A DNA stretch of 63,831 bases, the filler included, from Octopus bimaculoides (taxonomy: Eukaryota): assembly GCF_001194135.2 (NCBI RefSeq). It is 7 parts of 7 records of this genome, joined end to end, with 100 filler letters (N's around TTAATTAATTAA, not from the genome) between each part and the next. Parts side by side here need not be neighbours in the genome. Positions count along the whole stretch, not along the records: positions 1 to 2,862 come from NC_068981.1; positions 2,963 to 19,679 come from NC_068983.1; 5 more parts are not named here. One strand, written 5' to 3'. How positions within the stretch are numbered: the first letter of the stretch is position 1; the number at the start of each line of letters is the position of its first letter. The notes under the pieces were generated by a model that saw only the letters and a list, made by a program, of their open reading frames with translations, was not told the DNA's origin and did no database searches. Below, piece by piece: positions 1-12,530 of the stretch. The position numbers and the translations under genes were made by a program.

Positions 1-75
1 AATAAATATCTCTGTTATTCATCTAATACGGTTGTGGTCTTTCATTACTGGTCATCTATGTTATCGTCGTATAAC
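1..75 (+). repeat. Possible 3' end of an LTR of the adjacent Gypsy element
   Basis: AATAAA at 1-6 and an end in ..TATAACA at about 75, then a degenerate PBS-like stretch near 110-130. No second LTR is visible. Confidence 0.3.
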
Positions 76-206
76 ATATCATCTATATCATTATTGATAT
101 ATATATTTTTGTGTTCGACCGTGTGACACGTCTAAATAAAAGGAGTCCTCTGTTTTTCCATTCGTCACCATTGCTCCTTTTTGAGTTCGCACGGTCGTCC
201 CTTATA

Positions 207-1827
207 GCTATATTAGTATATCCCAAATCTGGTACCCCTCTTTCTTTATTTGTGGATGAATCCGATGTCGGACTTTGAGCTGTGCTATAGCAGTTAGTTA
301 ATGGTATTTGGCAACTGTTGTCTTTCTTCTTCAGGCGACTGCAACCGGCCGAATCTAAATACAATACTTTCGAAAGGGAATTATTGGTAGCATACATGAC
401 TGTCAAACATTTTCGACACACGTTAAAAGGTTCTGTTTTCACTATCTATACGGACCACCAACCACACGTTTGTGTGTTCAGCACGAAACCCGATCGCCAC
501 TCATCTAAAGAAGTTCACCACCTCAACATTATATTCCAGTGCACCACGGACACACGTTACATTAAGGGTATGGCTACCTCAGTGGCTGTTGCGTTTTCTA
601 GCATACAACTGAACTCATTACATACCACTGACATCAAGGATCTTCAATAGATCGCAGCTGATCAAGAAAATGACGAAGAGTTTGTAACGCACCTGAATTT
701 TGCATCCTTGAAATTCCCGCTAGTTTTTGTATGTGTCGTATTTGGTGTGACATTTCTACCGATCACGAACGCCCGTATGTATCACAGAAGCATCAACATC
801 TGGTCTTTTTTTCGCTTTGCACTGTTTATCGCATCTTGATATCGACTCGTTTTGTATGAGCTGTTATCAACAAGACCATTCACGAATTGACCAGAAGCTG
901 CATCGCATGTCAAAAATCTAAAATATACTGCCGTGTTAAGTCCCCATTTGGTACTTTTGCGACACCCAACGCACGTTTTCAACATGTGTATATCACCATC
1001 ATGGAACAACTGCCTCTTTCCCAGAATTGTGCGTATCTTTTCTGATAGCCTGAAGCCTTACCTCTGTCGGATACTTCAGCGGAATCTAGTGCCAAAACTC
1101 TGGTACAACTGTGGATATCGTGTTTTGGTACACCCGTAACAATCACGACGGATAGAGAATGTCAGCTCGAGTCTCACTTGTTCAGTGAGCTGACTTGTCA
1201 CCTTAGGTATAGGGACATCCACACAACAGTCTACCAACCCGAGGCCAACGGCATAATCGAGCGTTTTCACCGAGGGCTGAAGTTTGTTCATAAAGCATAC
1301 CTCGACAGCAATAACTGGTAAGAATACTTTCCACTTTTCTCGGTATTCGTTCCAAAGTCAAGAAAAAAACTGAATATTCATCAATGACACTACGCTGACC
1401 TTACCTGGTTAAATAGTCGCACTTGTTCCTTCACAGGATTCCCCAGACCCATCAAGTTATGTTCATCGTCTCCGGGCATGTATGTCCCGTCTACTATACA
1501 TAACCCCTCGTCCTCAGTATGTTGCGACACAAGACGCACGTTTTTGTACGGAACGATAGCATACCAGCACAACATGGACCACTGGACTCTGGACTTTTCA
1601 GACACAAATGGACATTAATAGGAAATGAAATTCTGCCAGTATAGACCGTCTTTAAAAAAAAGTCCTCATCTAGTCCAACTCAACACCATTTTTCACTTTT
1701 TTCCAAGCAGACACATCATCAATATTTCCTTCAACAGCGTCTCAAATTTTCCTCCTCGAGTATGCACTAAACCCAAGAGACGGGGCGGGGCCATTGGCCT
1801 GCCCGATTCGTTCAATTCTGCAACTAG
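207..1827 (+). mobile_element. Decayed Ty3/Gypsy LTR-retrotransposon pol (RT-linked RNase H, zinc-finger remnant, integrase core, C-terminus)
   Basis: 207-650 reads AILVYPKSGTPLSLFVDESDVGL*AVL*QLVNGIWQLLSFFFRRLQPAESKYNTFERELL..VKHFRH..FTIYTDHQP (RNase H). From 974: RFQHVYITIMEQLPLSQNCAYLF**PEALPLSDTSAESSAKTLVQLWISCFGTPVTITTDRECQLESHLF..HTTVYQPEANGIIERFHRGLK (integrase core). Ends TGRGHWPARFVQFCN* at 1827. Stops, frameshifts and deletions are present. Confidence 0.93.
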
Positions 1828-2906
1828 ACAAATTCTCTAGGTGTATTATTACACTCAACACAATACAACTGTTAACCACCAGTCAATCGACTTAACTCTT
1901 TTTTAATTCAAATCACACAGATTCTATCTTTTTAGGAAATTTTTTTTACATACCTGCTTGTTGTTTTCCTTTTTACATTGTCATACGTCTTTGTATATTT
2001 TTCTGGTGTTCTAAAATGTGTATTTTATTCTATGCATACGCATGCATTCAAGGTTCGCGCACGTTGTATATATTAATATATCCTATCTGCTCTTTTTCAT
2101 ACGCACTCATCTGCACACTTTCAATACGAAAGTATAATAACAAATAATTGCATTTTTTCCCTCATCTTATCTTCGTTTCCATTGAAATTCTTGAGCACGC
2201 ATTTAACCTTCTGCAAATGCAAGCACTCACAATTTCTTCGTACCCGCGGCTATTTATTTGCATTTAAGATTTCGCTATATTCGTTCCATGGGAATAATTT
2301 TTGCTCCAGTGAGCAAATATAATTTTTATATAGTTTCACTTTTAAAGACCAGCTCTTTCTTACAGTAAGAAAAACACACTGAATTCGTAACCAAGAATTG
2401 AATTCTTTCTCGATCTTCATATTAGCTTCCATTGTTCTCAGATACGTAATGCTGTTACAGTTTGCTTGTTTCCTCGCATTTCTGCTCCAACAAACAACAA
2501 CACCCCAAAATAAGGAAAATATTCTATCCCTACTAGTGTCCTTGATAGTTAACGTTATTGCTGAAGCTATTGTACTTTATAAATGAACAACTCAAAACAT
2601 TGTTTTATAAGTATTCTAAGCTTATTTTTATACGAGTTGCTCATTACTGACTAATTATGAAATGACATCATATAAATTCTCAATTAATCATTTCAATCTT
2701 AATTCTATTTGCGTAACGCACCTCTATTTTGTCATCGTAGAGTATTGTTTAACAAAAATATTTCTTCCCTTTGTATTTAAATTTGAGAAACTTTTTAAAG
2801 TAAGAAAGGAACAGAAAATTTGTGATTAACTGTAACGGGCTGGTTATATTAGGTGCAGTAGCNNNNNNNNNNNNNNNNNNNNNNNNNNNNNNNNNNNNNN
2901 NNNNNN

Positions 2907-2918
2907 TTAATTAATTAA
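2907..2918. other. Assembly spacer TTAATTAATTAA inside ~100-bp N gaps (also 19724, 38864, 42924, 59767, 62468)
   Basis: An identical 12-mer centred in six same-sized N runs; it gives stop codons in all frames. Confidence 0.95.
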
Positions 2919-2962
2919 NNNNNNNNNNNNNNNNNNNNNNNNNNNNNNNNNNNNNNNNNNNN

Positions 2963-2997
<35 letters not shown>

Positions 2998-3029
2998 TGA
3001 CTGTATGTCTATGTGTGATTTTTTGTGAT

Positions 3030-3232
3030 GTGTTTGTTACCCACTGTGACTGCTGACAGTCAGTGTTGGTTTGCTTACGCACTTGTAAGTAGCGGTTCAG
3101 CAAACCAGATCAATAGAATAAGTGCCAGGCTTACAAAACGAGTATTGTGATCGATTTATTCGACGAGGCCCTTCAAGGCGGTGCCCCATCATGGCAACGA
3201 TCCCAATAACTGAAACAAGTAAAAAAGAAAAT
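3030..3232 (+). mobile_element. SINE family A, 3' half
   Basis: Matches the 3' half (..ATAGAATAAGT..GGCTTACAAA..CATGGC..ACTGAAACAAGTAAAA) of the full-length copy at 54047-54461. Confidence 0.8.
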
Positions 3233-3630
3233 AGTTTGAAAGATATGTGCGTGTGTTTGTGTGTGCGTGTGTGCATGTGTGTGTGTGCTCATATGTATAT
3301 CTGTGTGCGGGTGCACATGTGTATGTGTGTGTATGTACAGGTGTGCATATTTATGTGTGTGCGCGTGTGTGCATGTGTACGTGTTTGTGTGTGTGTGTGT
3401 GTTTATGTAGCAGTATCGCAATCTGAAGATCCGCTTACCTCAATGAATCGTGTGTATAATGAATGCAGATTGTCAGAAACGTATTAAGGTCCTCCTTAGA
3501 CAAATATCTACATCATTGATTTTATTCTCATGGTTAATTGTTAAAAATAATCAATATTCCATACATATTAATTTAAAACTGTTTTATGGGTATTGAGAAA
3601 AAGTTTATAGTTAACATTTTTCATGCATGT

Positions 3631-3861
3631 TTAACCTATTAAGTCCCAGAGTACTTAAATTTCTTAATATTACTTTTAAATTTTTACAGATAATTGAAAA
3701 TAGGTTAAAATGAAAAACATAATTATTAAAACTCCTTTACTTGAAGTAGAAATGGAAATACTCGGTGTCCTATAAATAGGACACTGAGACAATGTGATAT
3801 AGCTTATTTAATGTTCTCATTTAGTGTCCTATTTATAGAGCAGTGGGACTTAATGGGTTAT
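3631..3861. mobile_element. piggyBac-like MITE
   Basis: TTAA(3631-34)+CCTATTAAGTCCC at left and GGGACTTAATGGG(3845-57)+TTAT at right, i.e. 13-bp TIR with 1 mismatch and a TTAA-type target. Internal hairpin GTGTCCTAT-AA-ATAGGACAC near 3766-3785. Confidence 0.65.
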
Positions 3862-3884
3862 AAAATATAACCTCTAATAGTAAC

Positions 3885-4483
3885 TGTGTGCAGACAATTC
3901 GTTGACAGACAATTCGCCGACAAGCAATTCACCGATTGGACAATTGGCTGACTGGGCAATAAGTCGACATGCGAAAGTATCGATTATGGAGTTCAGCAAA
4001 ACGGAACGAGGAGGCAGAAAGCTTCTGTACAAATGGTACACCTATATTATTGATAGAACTAAAAACGAAAAGACTTATTGGAGGTGCGCAAATCGTAAAC
4101 TGTGCAGTGCTAGACTGACAACGATTGATGACGAAATTAGCACAACTCCTTCCGCACACGTACATCCACATACGCCGATTGAAAATCACGCTGCAAAAGT
4201 TAAGGAAGATATAAAGCAGCCATAAAGAGCATAAATCTTTTTCTTTTTTGTAAGACTAACAAAACTTTTTTGTGCTTTTTTCGTATATCGGCCTATTGTA
4301 CGTAATATCTTTTTGTAATTAAATTGTTTTTATTTGTAAGTCTAATAAAAAACTTTTTCGTAATTTTTACCGTTTTTAAAAATGTCGAAATATTGTCCTT
4401 TCGGCAAATTGTCCAATCGATCAATTGTCCTGCCTGTAAGTGTCTGCCGGCCAACTGTCTGTCGACGAATTGTCCCTCTACCT
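3885..4483 (+). mobile_element. Non-autonomous TIR transposon (Mutator/MULE-like) carrying a FLYWCH ORF
   Basis: Left GACAATTCGTTGACAGACAATTCGCCGACA (from 3893) versus the reverse complement of the right end (to 4474): 26/30 identical, with further internal GACAATT sub-repeats. 8-bp direct repeat ATAGTAAC at 3877-3884 and 4484-4491. Confidence 0.75.
3986..4225 (+). CDS. FLYWCH zinc-finger mini-ORF (79 aa), transposase-derived
   Basis: MEFSKTERGGRKLLYKWYTYIIDRTKNEKTYWRCANRKLCSARLTT..SAHVHPH shows the F..RG..L.Y..Y..YWRC..C..H.H pattern of FLYWCH. No catalytic domain follows. AATAAA near 4344. Confidence 0.75.
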   Translation: MEFSKTERGGRKLLYKWYTYIIDRTKNEKTYWRCANRKLCSARLTTIDDEISTTPSAHVHPHTPIENHAAKVKEDIKQP

Positions 4484-5929
4484 ATAGTAACAGATTCTTA
4501 TAAGATTCAACATGCTAAACACATTAGATTTCGCTTCTATACGGGACAAAATACAACTGACTTAGATTAAATGAAAGTATCACAGGGCACCGCGTGTACG
4601 TGTGAGATTGTTCTTACAATTACAGACATAAACCTAACAGATTTATTCTCTCCCCGCCGCCAACTACTGGTATAATTTATTGCACCAACTCGTCTACTGC
4701 ATGCTGTCGTGTACGTTACCATAATTTATTGCAAATTTCTTATTAAATTCACAAGAAATGTATGCTCATGACTGAGACGGAAATACAACTACAATAACTC
4801 TTTGTTGATTTTGTTTAAGGATTTCAACAGAAAACACTTGGATTCGTATAAAACAATTGTTCAAAGAATCTTGTACATAAATAAATATATAATTTCACTT
4901 CATATCTTAGATCTTCATATGAATGTTAAGAGAATAGAAAAATGTACTGATCACATGCTGGGTTGTATATATTATATTAACGGATGAAATAAAATGTTTT
5001 TACTATCGACAAACCATGTTTTGTGAGATTACAAATAGTTCAAAATAGAGAAATGCTCTTTCATCATGTCGGTGCAGTTTTCATTGGAAATAATATCTCA
5101 GCAACTCGTCTCAGATGTATCAAAATAGATATTCCTTTAGCTTTTCTACCATTTTTCAGGTTGTTGACTCAACTGGGAAATAAAAAAATTTTAAAAATTG
5201 TTTACTATTGATATATATGTGATTCGTTAGATTTACAGAAGTGATATTAATATTTGAGTAGTATTATCTATGCAATATTATGGAAACACAATCTCGGTCT
5301 ACATAATTGTCAAATTAATTAAATTGGAACAAAAACTAAAGAAAATATTTTTTCATAATAGTGTCCTTCATAATGGAGGAACTATCGAAAGATAGAGATA
5401 CAACATATGAGAATGGAATGCTTGATAATTCAATCATTAAACAAGATATTGTAAATATTATGATATTTATAATTATATGTTGCTAAATCGTTTCAAGATG
5501 AAATATTTACAAATGTTATAAAACATCTAGAATAATGTATTAATGTTTAGCCTAAGCGCTAGAGGTATCATTTGATACTTTTGTGAATTCCTCTTCACAA
5601 ATCACGATTCATTCTAATAATAAGATTTTGGAGGGTATCACTTGATTTTACTTGCCTTAGTGCACCTCCATAGATTTATAAAATAATGAAAGTACCGTGG
5701 TGGAAATACTGTGGGATTTACACGTATCACAAAGGAATTAGTAATATGATAAAATAATTTGGAGATTTTGTTTTGCCCTTTATAATAGAAAGTAATGAAT
5801 GAATTTGCGATTACCAAATTCTTCAATATATATCAGCTGAATGTATTTAGGTATATATGGTTCGATATATGTGTGTGCGCGCGTGCTTGTGGGTTTGTGT
5901 GTGTGTATGTATGTATGTATGTATGTTAT

Positions 5930-6110
5930 CAATCAGTTTCATTTCTGTATTTCTTGTCAATAGAGAAAGAGCCGGACTCTAACATAGATTCAAGGCTCCT
6001 TCATTGGAACTTTTATCAACATCATGTAGGTATTTGTGCATATGCGTGTGTGTGTGTGCAGTATTTGGTGTTAGTGTCTGCACAGATTTGCATGTTTGTT
6101 TTATAGATGC
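5930..6110 (-). mobile_element. 3' UTR fragment of the RLE non-LTR family seen at 46519-47200
   Basis: ATTTCTTGTCAATAGAGAAAGAGCCGG..CAAGGCTCCTTCATTGGAA matches 51925-51995 and the reverse complement of 47080-47160. Flanked by (TATG)n and TG repeats. Confidence 0.7.
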
Positions 6111-6557
6111 GTTTTTATGTATATATTTTCATGTCTATGTATGTATGTATGTATATGTAAGCGTGTGTGTGTGTGACATCCTGATTGGATTTTGTGTTAA
6201 AAAGTACTTCTTTACGGCAGTGTAAACTTTCATTTAATCAAGATGATATCCCTGGCCTGAAGAGTAGCCTGCGGTATACACTTCGTTTGGATATTTACTA
6301 CTTCTGAGGTTCCACTCACTATTAAAACATATGTATTCCACATCTTATCTACTCCATTTCTTAACTCTTGTATTCTTATTCGCACACCCGGCAACTCTGG
6401 TTGCCTACTGTGAAATATAATAAGAATTTTTTTTCAATCGGTACCCAAAAACTTCCACAGCCTTCCGTCTCAATAAACCATTATTTTCCCTGAAAGTCTT
6501 TTTTATATTTTCGTATTGCTTCAGTCTAGCTTTCTTCCTACACCTCGATCCATGGAT

Positions 6558-6597
<40 letters not shown>

Positions 6598-6607
6598 NNN
6601 NNNNNNN

Positions 6608-6660
<53 letters not shown>

Positions 6661-6946
6661 TAACAACAGAGATGGATTCAAGGGACACTACAACTGTTTC
6701 AAACACATTATTATTGATGACTCGTTCGATTACATCATGAAAATACCCTTTTCATACGCACATGCATGTATGGATGTCTTTGTATGTAGTATATACGTTA
6801 CACGCATGTGTTATACTGGAACCATTCCTGATGCTCTGAATGTTAAAATACCTTCATTCAAACGAATCCAACAATAAATTGTGTGTGTGTGTGTGTGTGT
6901 GTGCGTGTGCGTGCGTGCGTGCTTGCGTCCGTTTTCTTTTTATCAA

Positions 6947-6978
<32 letters not shown>

Positions 6979-9900
6979 NNNNNNNNNNNNNNNNNNNNNN
7001 NNNNNNNNNNNNNNNNNNNNNNNNNNNNNNNNNNNNNNNNNNNNNNNNNNNNNNNNNNNNNNNNNNNNNNNNNNNNNNNNNNNNNNNNNNNNNNNNNNNN
7101 NNNNNNNNNNNNNNNNNNNNNNNNNNNNNNNNNNNNNNNNNNNNNNNNNNNNNNNNNNNNNNNNNNNNNNNNNNNNNNNNNNNNNNNNNNNNNNNNNNNN
7201 NNNNNNNNNNNNNNNNNNNNNNNNNNNNNNNNNNNNNNNNNNNNNNNNNNNNNNNNNNNNNNNNNNNNNNNNNNNNNNNNNNNNNNNNNNNNNNNNNNNN
7301 NNNNNNNNNNNNNNNNNNNNNNNNNNNNNNNNNNNNNNNNNNNNNNNNNNNNNNNNNNNNNNNNNNNNNNNNNNNNNNNNNNNNNNNNNNNNNNNNNNNN
7401 NNNNNNNNNNNNNNNNNNNNNNNNNNNNNNNNNNNNNNNNNNNNNNNNNNNNNNNNNNNNNNNNNNNNNNNNNNNNNNNNNNNNNNNNNNNNNNNNNNNN
7501 NNNNNNNNNNNNNNNNNNNNNNNNNNNNNNNNNNNNNNNNNNNNNNNNNNNNNNNNNNNNNNNNNNNNNNNNNNNNNNNNNNNNNNNNNNNNNNNNNNNN
7601 NNNNNNNNNNNNNNNNNNNNNNNNNNNNNNNNNNNNNNNNNNNNNNNNNNNNNNNNNNNNNNNNNNNNNNNNNNNNNNNNNNNNNNNNNNNNNNNNNNNN
7701 NNNNNNNNNNNNNNNNNNATATATGTATGTATGTATATCATAATTATCAACATGTATCTGTCTGTTAGTCAATGCATTATATGTTTTTGACAGCCTCAGT
7801 TCTAGATAAAATCCATTAAATCATTATCTTTATATCTGATGGCAGCCATGTTGTTTAAATTCATGCATATCTTTCAATGAGAAACCATTAGCGCGGCAAT
7901 TATCGTACATTTGTATATGAGTATAAATATATGCAAAAGGAAAAGATCCGCGTGAACAGCTACCACATAGAAAAATGATTGGAAAAACCAAACCGAATAT
8001 ACGGCATATAAATTCTTGTATAATGTCTCCTTGATCGAAAATAGACGTACACTCTCTATTTTATCGTATATGGGTGTAGAATAGAATTATTAGAATCTAT
8101 TTTATCGAAACTTCTCTTAATTCCGTTTTATAAAGGTCTTAAATTGAATTTCGGTTATTCTTTCCTCAGCTGGCAATGTAAAATTTTTTGTTAACGTCAT
8201 ACGGTTTGTTTCAGTGGGTTGAGCTACTGAAATTGTGCTGAACATGTTATACTTGTGTCAATCAAGAGAGAAAAAGTATATAAACCAAAACTGGCATTTA
8301 AACTAAAATAATGATAACCAAAACTTTATAAAACATATGCCATTAATAAAACGGATCTAGCCTTACAGTGATATAATTTTAGTGCAAAAGTTAAACACGT
8401 TTGTGCAATTTTAACAACAGAGGGGTTCATATGTTATCTCAAATGATCCTTCCGTGGTTAGACGTGTCTGGCCTCTCTTTGAGTTATAAATTCTACATGC
8501 TTCTTAGACAAAACTTGAAATTCTCTCATATAGAATTAAATAATTTATTTTACTCTACGTTTTATAATAAATCACAATAAACTTTAATAATTTGCGAGGT
8601 TATAAATTATATGATTAAATCTTAAACTTATGACTAATAGTAAAGGCAATCTCAAGATATTTCGATTTTCGAGAAACTCCATTTACTTTCAGCTTTTTAT
8701 GTATTTTCTATTATTTATTACTTGTCTTAATATTCACCATAGAAATTGGAATTTATTTTGAATGTTTCAATATAGCAGAAATTTACAGAGCAAATACAAT
8801 TTTATGATAATAGATATTCTTAATTTAAATCTTTTATTGCAATGTGTCTCTGTTATACATTTTTGTAAATTATATGTGATAAACGTTATCACTGACGCAA
8901 CCGGGATATCGATTTTCGATATTGTCAGGAAATTACAAATGCTAGTAAATTCTTCTATATTTTAACCGTTTAGATTCATGACAGGAAATCATTTAACATA
9001 GTTTATTAAATGTGTCTTATGTACTAGACTAGTACTAACGTATCCTTTTCTATTTTGAATTTCAGAAAATTATGGCTAAAAATAAATTATGAGGAGATTT
9101 TATCAAATACTTTGGACAATGCTTTTCTATCATAATAAAATATACATCAGTGCTAGAATCTGTGAAGACATTTCCTCCTTAAATATATGAGAATTTGAAT
9201 GTATAGTTGGTAGGAGGTGGCTACTAAGCTTTAAAGACTCGAGGATGTTTTAGTTTATTGTATTTCAATATATAACATAACGTTTTCTAATTTCATTACC
9301 ATGTAACAAATTCGTAGCGATGAGGTATGGTTTACAGGTGAATCAATTTCCAGTTTATAACTGATATTTAAGTTGCCGGAATAAGCATATAACTGATTTA
9401 TACATATTTCGAATATATATCGTTGCTATTATTCAAAAGTGTCGTAAGTCCAAACCGTCGCTTCTTCAGAAAACGTAAAAATAGTTTAACCATTCAATTA
9501 CTTTTTACATTAGCAACAGTTTCAGCTTAACAATAATACTTTGCTGGGGGCATAAAATCGTAACTACATGCATGTATGATATTTCCAGTCAGAAATATTT
9601 TTGCAAAACAGTCGTATGCTAAACCGTTGTACCACACTTTGGTAATTTTCATAATCTTGGCATCTGAAGCAGCTGGAGATACGATAGTTTCACCAAAAGA
9701 ACCGGCTATTGCAAACAAAATGAAATATTGAAAAAAATACGCATTTGGCCAAATTTGGTCATAGGACAGTTCAACATAATAGCAACGATATATTTGGGGA
9801 TGGGAAAAGTTATGGATTAAGGTCGAAGCATTAACGAATTATGGAAGGCAGTCTTGAAATATGTAATTTCTTCAGGTTCTATCCCACAAAAGTATAAATA

Positions 9901-11849
9901 TTCGAATCTGAATTGATGCTTCAGAAGTTGCTTACCATATTTAACAGAAAATTAATAAATTTAGATAACTTTGTTGATTTTACTTTCTGGTTAATGTAGC
10001 GTCTCTAACTCTGTAGATGAAATATAAATACCAACTCGATTATTCCTCACAAAATATAAATGAATTAATTAATGAATTTTCTGGGAGCCAACCAGGCGCA
10101 TCTTACTCTTGTTATAATGATGTGTAATATATGGCAGTCACATTCAGAATACAAATTAATACAATACATGAACATTGATGTGTGGAGTGATCATAAATTA
10201 TAACAATGTAATTTGATATAAGAACCAAAGATCGTATCCTGCATTTTAATAAGTTGCCATGTTATTAGAAACACATTACTCTTGAATATTGCTTCGGTAT
10301 GCAGCCAAACTTTAAGACAAATTGAAAATAAGGATGTTGTCTCAGAATATTTCATAGAAATCGTTAAACTAAAAGCAGCAAAAAAGATCGTAAAAAATTT
10401 GTATTTTGACAGTTAAAAACTGCTTTATTTTAATGCAAGACATTTCTCACAATTTCAGTAAAATATGCATAAAAATGGAGCAGTAAATATATAAATTATC
10501 GAAATATAAAGTTTTATTATCATGATTTTTAATAGTTTTTGTTCAGATTTTATTTTATAATTTTGGTGTGTTTCAGTGATGTTTGACACACTCCATGAAT
10601 TCAGAAATAAAATATATTTATTTCGCTGTAAAATATGGCCGACAGCGTCCATAATTACGTTAAATGCTTCTGTTATTTATGATTACAATATAATTTGTTG
10701 TAGCATAGAAACTCTCTACCTCACGTTTGTTGTAGAAATAACGTTAGCTGCAATAATCAACATAACTGCGGTTTATGTCCCATTTACTGAAATAATTTAA
10801 GTAAATATGACACAAAAAATATACGAAACAGAATAGTTATCATGTGAGTTTTAATTTGATTGTTATGCAGAAGTGTGCTATATTAAACAAATATAAATGT
10901 TATCCAACTCAATCAATTATAATAATCTTTATAATAAACATTTATTGAGAACTTGGAACACTTTAATCAACAAAAATGCAATTTTTTACTTTGTAAACAA
11001 TAATAATAAATAGTAATAATATGAATGGCACAACAATGCACTATAACAATACATGTTTCAGTTGTTTCTAATAGTTTACAAAAGACAGGTTTAGTTGTAG
11101 AAATTAGGAAATTTCGAACGACACAAAAGATTAAACATTATTATAGATTATTTTTCCCTTTGTTATCTTCTGTTTGCATCTCTTTAATTTTTCTTATTAT
11201 TCATGTATTCTCGTAAAGATTAGTACCCGTCCAAACCTCAGCTTCACATGCAGATATCTAAAACAGTTACTGGAATGGTGAATGCTAATGCTTAAATCCC
11301 GGTGAGGCATTTATAGCAACAATTAGTTTCTTTCGTTTCCTCAAGAGATAACTATATTTTTCATGTTACAGGTATTTGTATGTGAATTGTAAAAGTAAAC
11401 GTTAACCTGGGAAAAATTGTTTCTGATTTCAGCATCAGTTATCTCCCCTTCTCTTCATTCAGTTTTTTTCTTTCGTATGGTTATTTTGTCCACCTTTTTT
11501 TACTACTGTCATGCCGTCTTAATTTTCCAACAAAAAGAAACATCGTTTAATTTTAGGAAAATATATGCTACCAGGTTTTGCACGCGTTATGAGGTTATCT
11601 TGATAGGAATATACACGGACGAGTGAAAAATAATTATCAAAACAACAATTAACACCAACAACAACAATGACGGCGGTGACGACGACGATGATGACGACGG
11701 TGGTGATGTTTGCTTTAATTTCTCACCATAAAGATACGAAGGAGAGAATTCTTTTTTTAAATAACGTAAGTCTGGGCATTAACCTCAGAAAACCCGAAAG
11801 GAGAGAACCATGAAATGCAAATATAGATTAAAGGAGAATGGCGGTGGTG

Positions 11850-12330
11850 AAGTGTGTTTCTTATATAGAAGCCTATCTATCTAGGATCAGATATCCAAGA
11901 GTAGCCCATGCACCAAAACTAAGCATCACCACAACTGCCCTCCTCAGACTTACAAGCTTCTTCTTACAATGCTTCCACTTATTCTTGCGTTTTTATCATT
12001 TTTGTCACACTCATTTTTCAATAAATCCAGTTGAGGACTGCACTTCTCTCTTCACCTCACCTTCTTTCAAAATATCGATGAGCTCTCTAACAATAAGCAG
12101 AACAAAAGCTCCAAACCCTTTCATCATATTACTAATTCCTCGGTGATACGAATACTTCCCACAGTATTTCCATAATAGCAAGACCTTGAGCTTTCCCGAG
12201 AACCTCATAACACTTCTCAACCACCAACATTTTGTAGCTTGCACTGCTGTTACTCAACTAGTAGAAGACAGTGAGCGCCACCTAGCCATATTCTACTTGT
12301 CAGGCCTACTTTCTTGGTTTTTGCTTGAGC
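11850..12330 (-). mobile_element. Possible highly decayed LINE RT fragment
   Basis: Higher-GC island; minus-strand translations only vaguely resemble RTE-type RT, with no diagnostic motif intact. Confidence 0.25.
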
Positions 12331-12404
12331 TAGGACTACAGATTCGTAAACAATATGATTTACGAAAAGGCGTGCGTCTCAAACGGCATCCGCACTCTAG
12401 AAAT

Positions 12405-12530
12405 CTCTGAAGGCGGCACAGTAGGGAATGTACAACCGGCCTCGGCGGAATTCAAACACAGAAAGTAAAACCGGAAGAAATGCCACTAAATATCTTGTCC
12501 GGCATGCTAACGATTCTGCCAACTCCCGCT
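12405..12530 (-). mobile_element. SINE family B, head
   Basis: Reverse complement of the GCGAGCTGGCAGAATCGTTAGCATGCCG..TTTGAATTCCGCCGAGG head seen at 27628. Confidence 0.7.

Noticed and set aside
2250-2586. Overlapping open frames on both strands, one with two hydrophobic segments
   Set aside because: No recognisable motif or usable splice sites, and hydrophobic runs are expected in AT-rich DNA.
2907-2918. TTAATTAATTAA palindromic 12-mer recurring six times
   Set aside because: It is always centred in a ~100-bp N run, so it is a scaffolding spacer. It also means sequence across these joins may not be truly adjacent.
3122-3487. Cys/Val-rich and His/Thr-rich ORFs here and at many (TG)n/(CA)n tracts
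   Set aside because: Dinucleotide repeat translations.
5373-5490. Short ORF MEELSKDRDTTYENGMLDNSIIKQDIVNIMIFIIICC* resembling a receptor N-terminus
   Set aside because: 37 aa with no supporting downstream motifs; compatible with chance.
6840-7790. Long ORFs spanning N-gaps (also near 13.1-14.3k, 20.7-21.5k, 25.4-26.0k, 26.5-27.7k, 47.9-48.4k, 50.8-52.0k, 52.8-53.5k, 55.7-56.3k and 61.0-61.6k)
   Set aside because: Their length comes from X codons and flanking microsatellites. Only the 13228-13535 part encodes a real (R4-like) domain.
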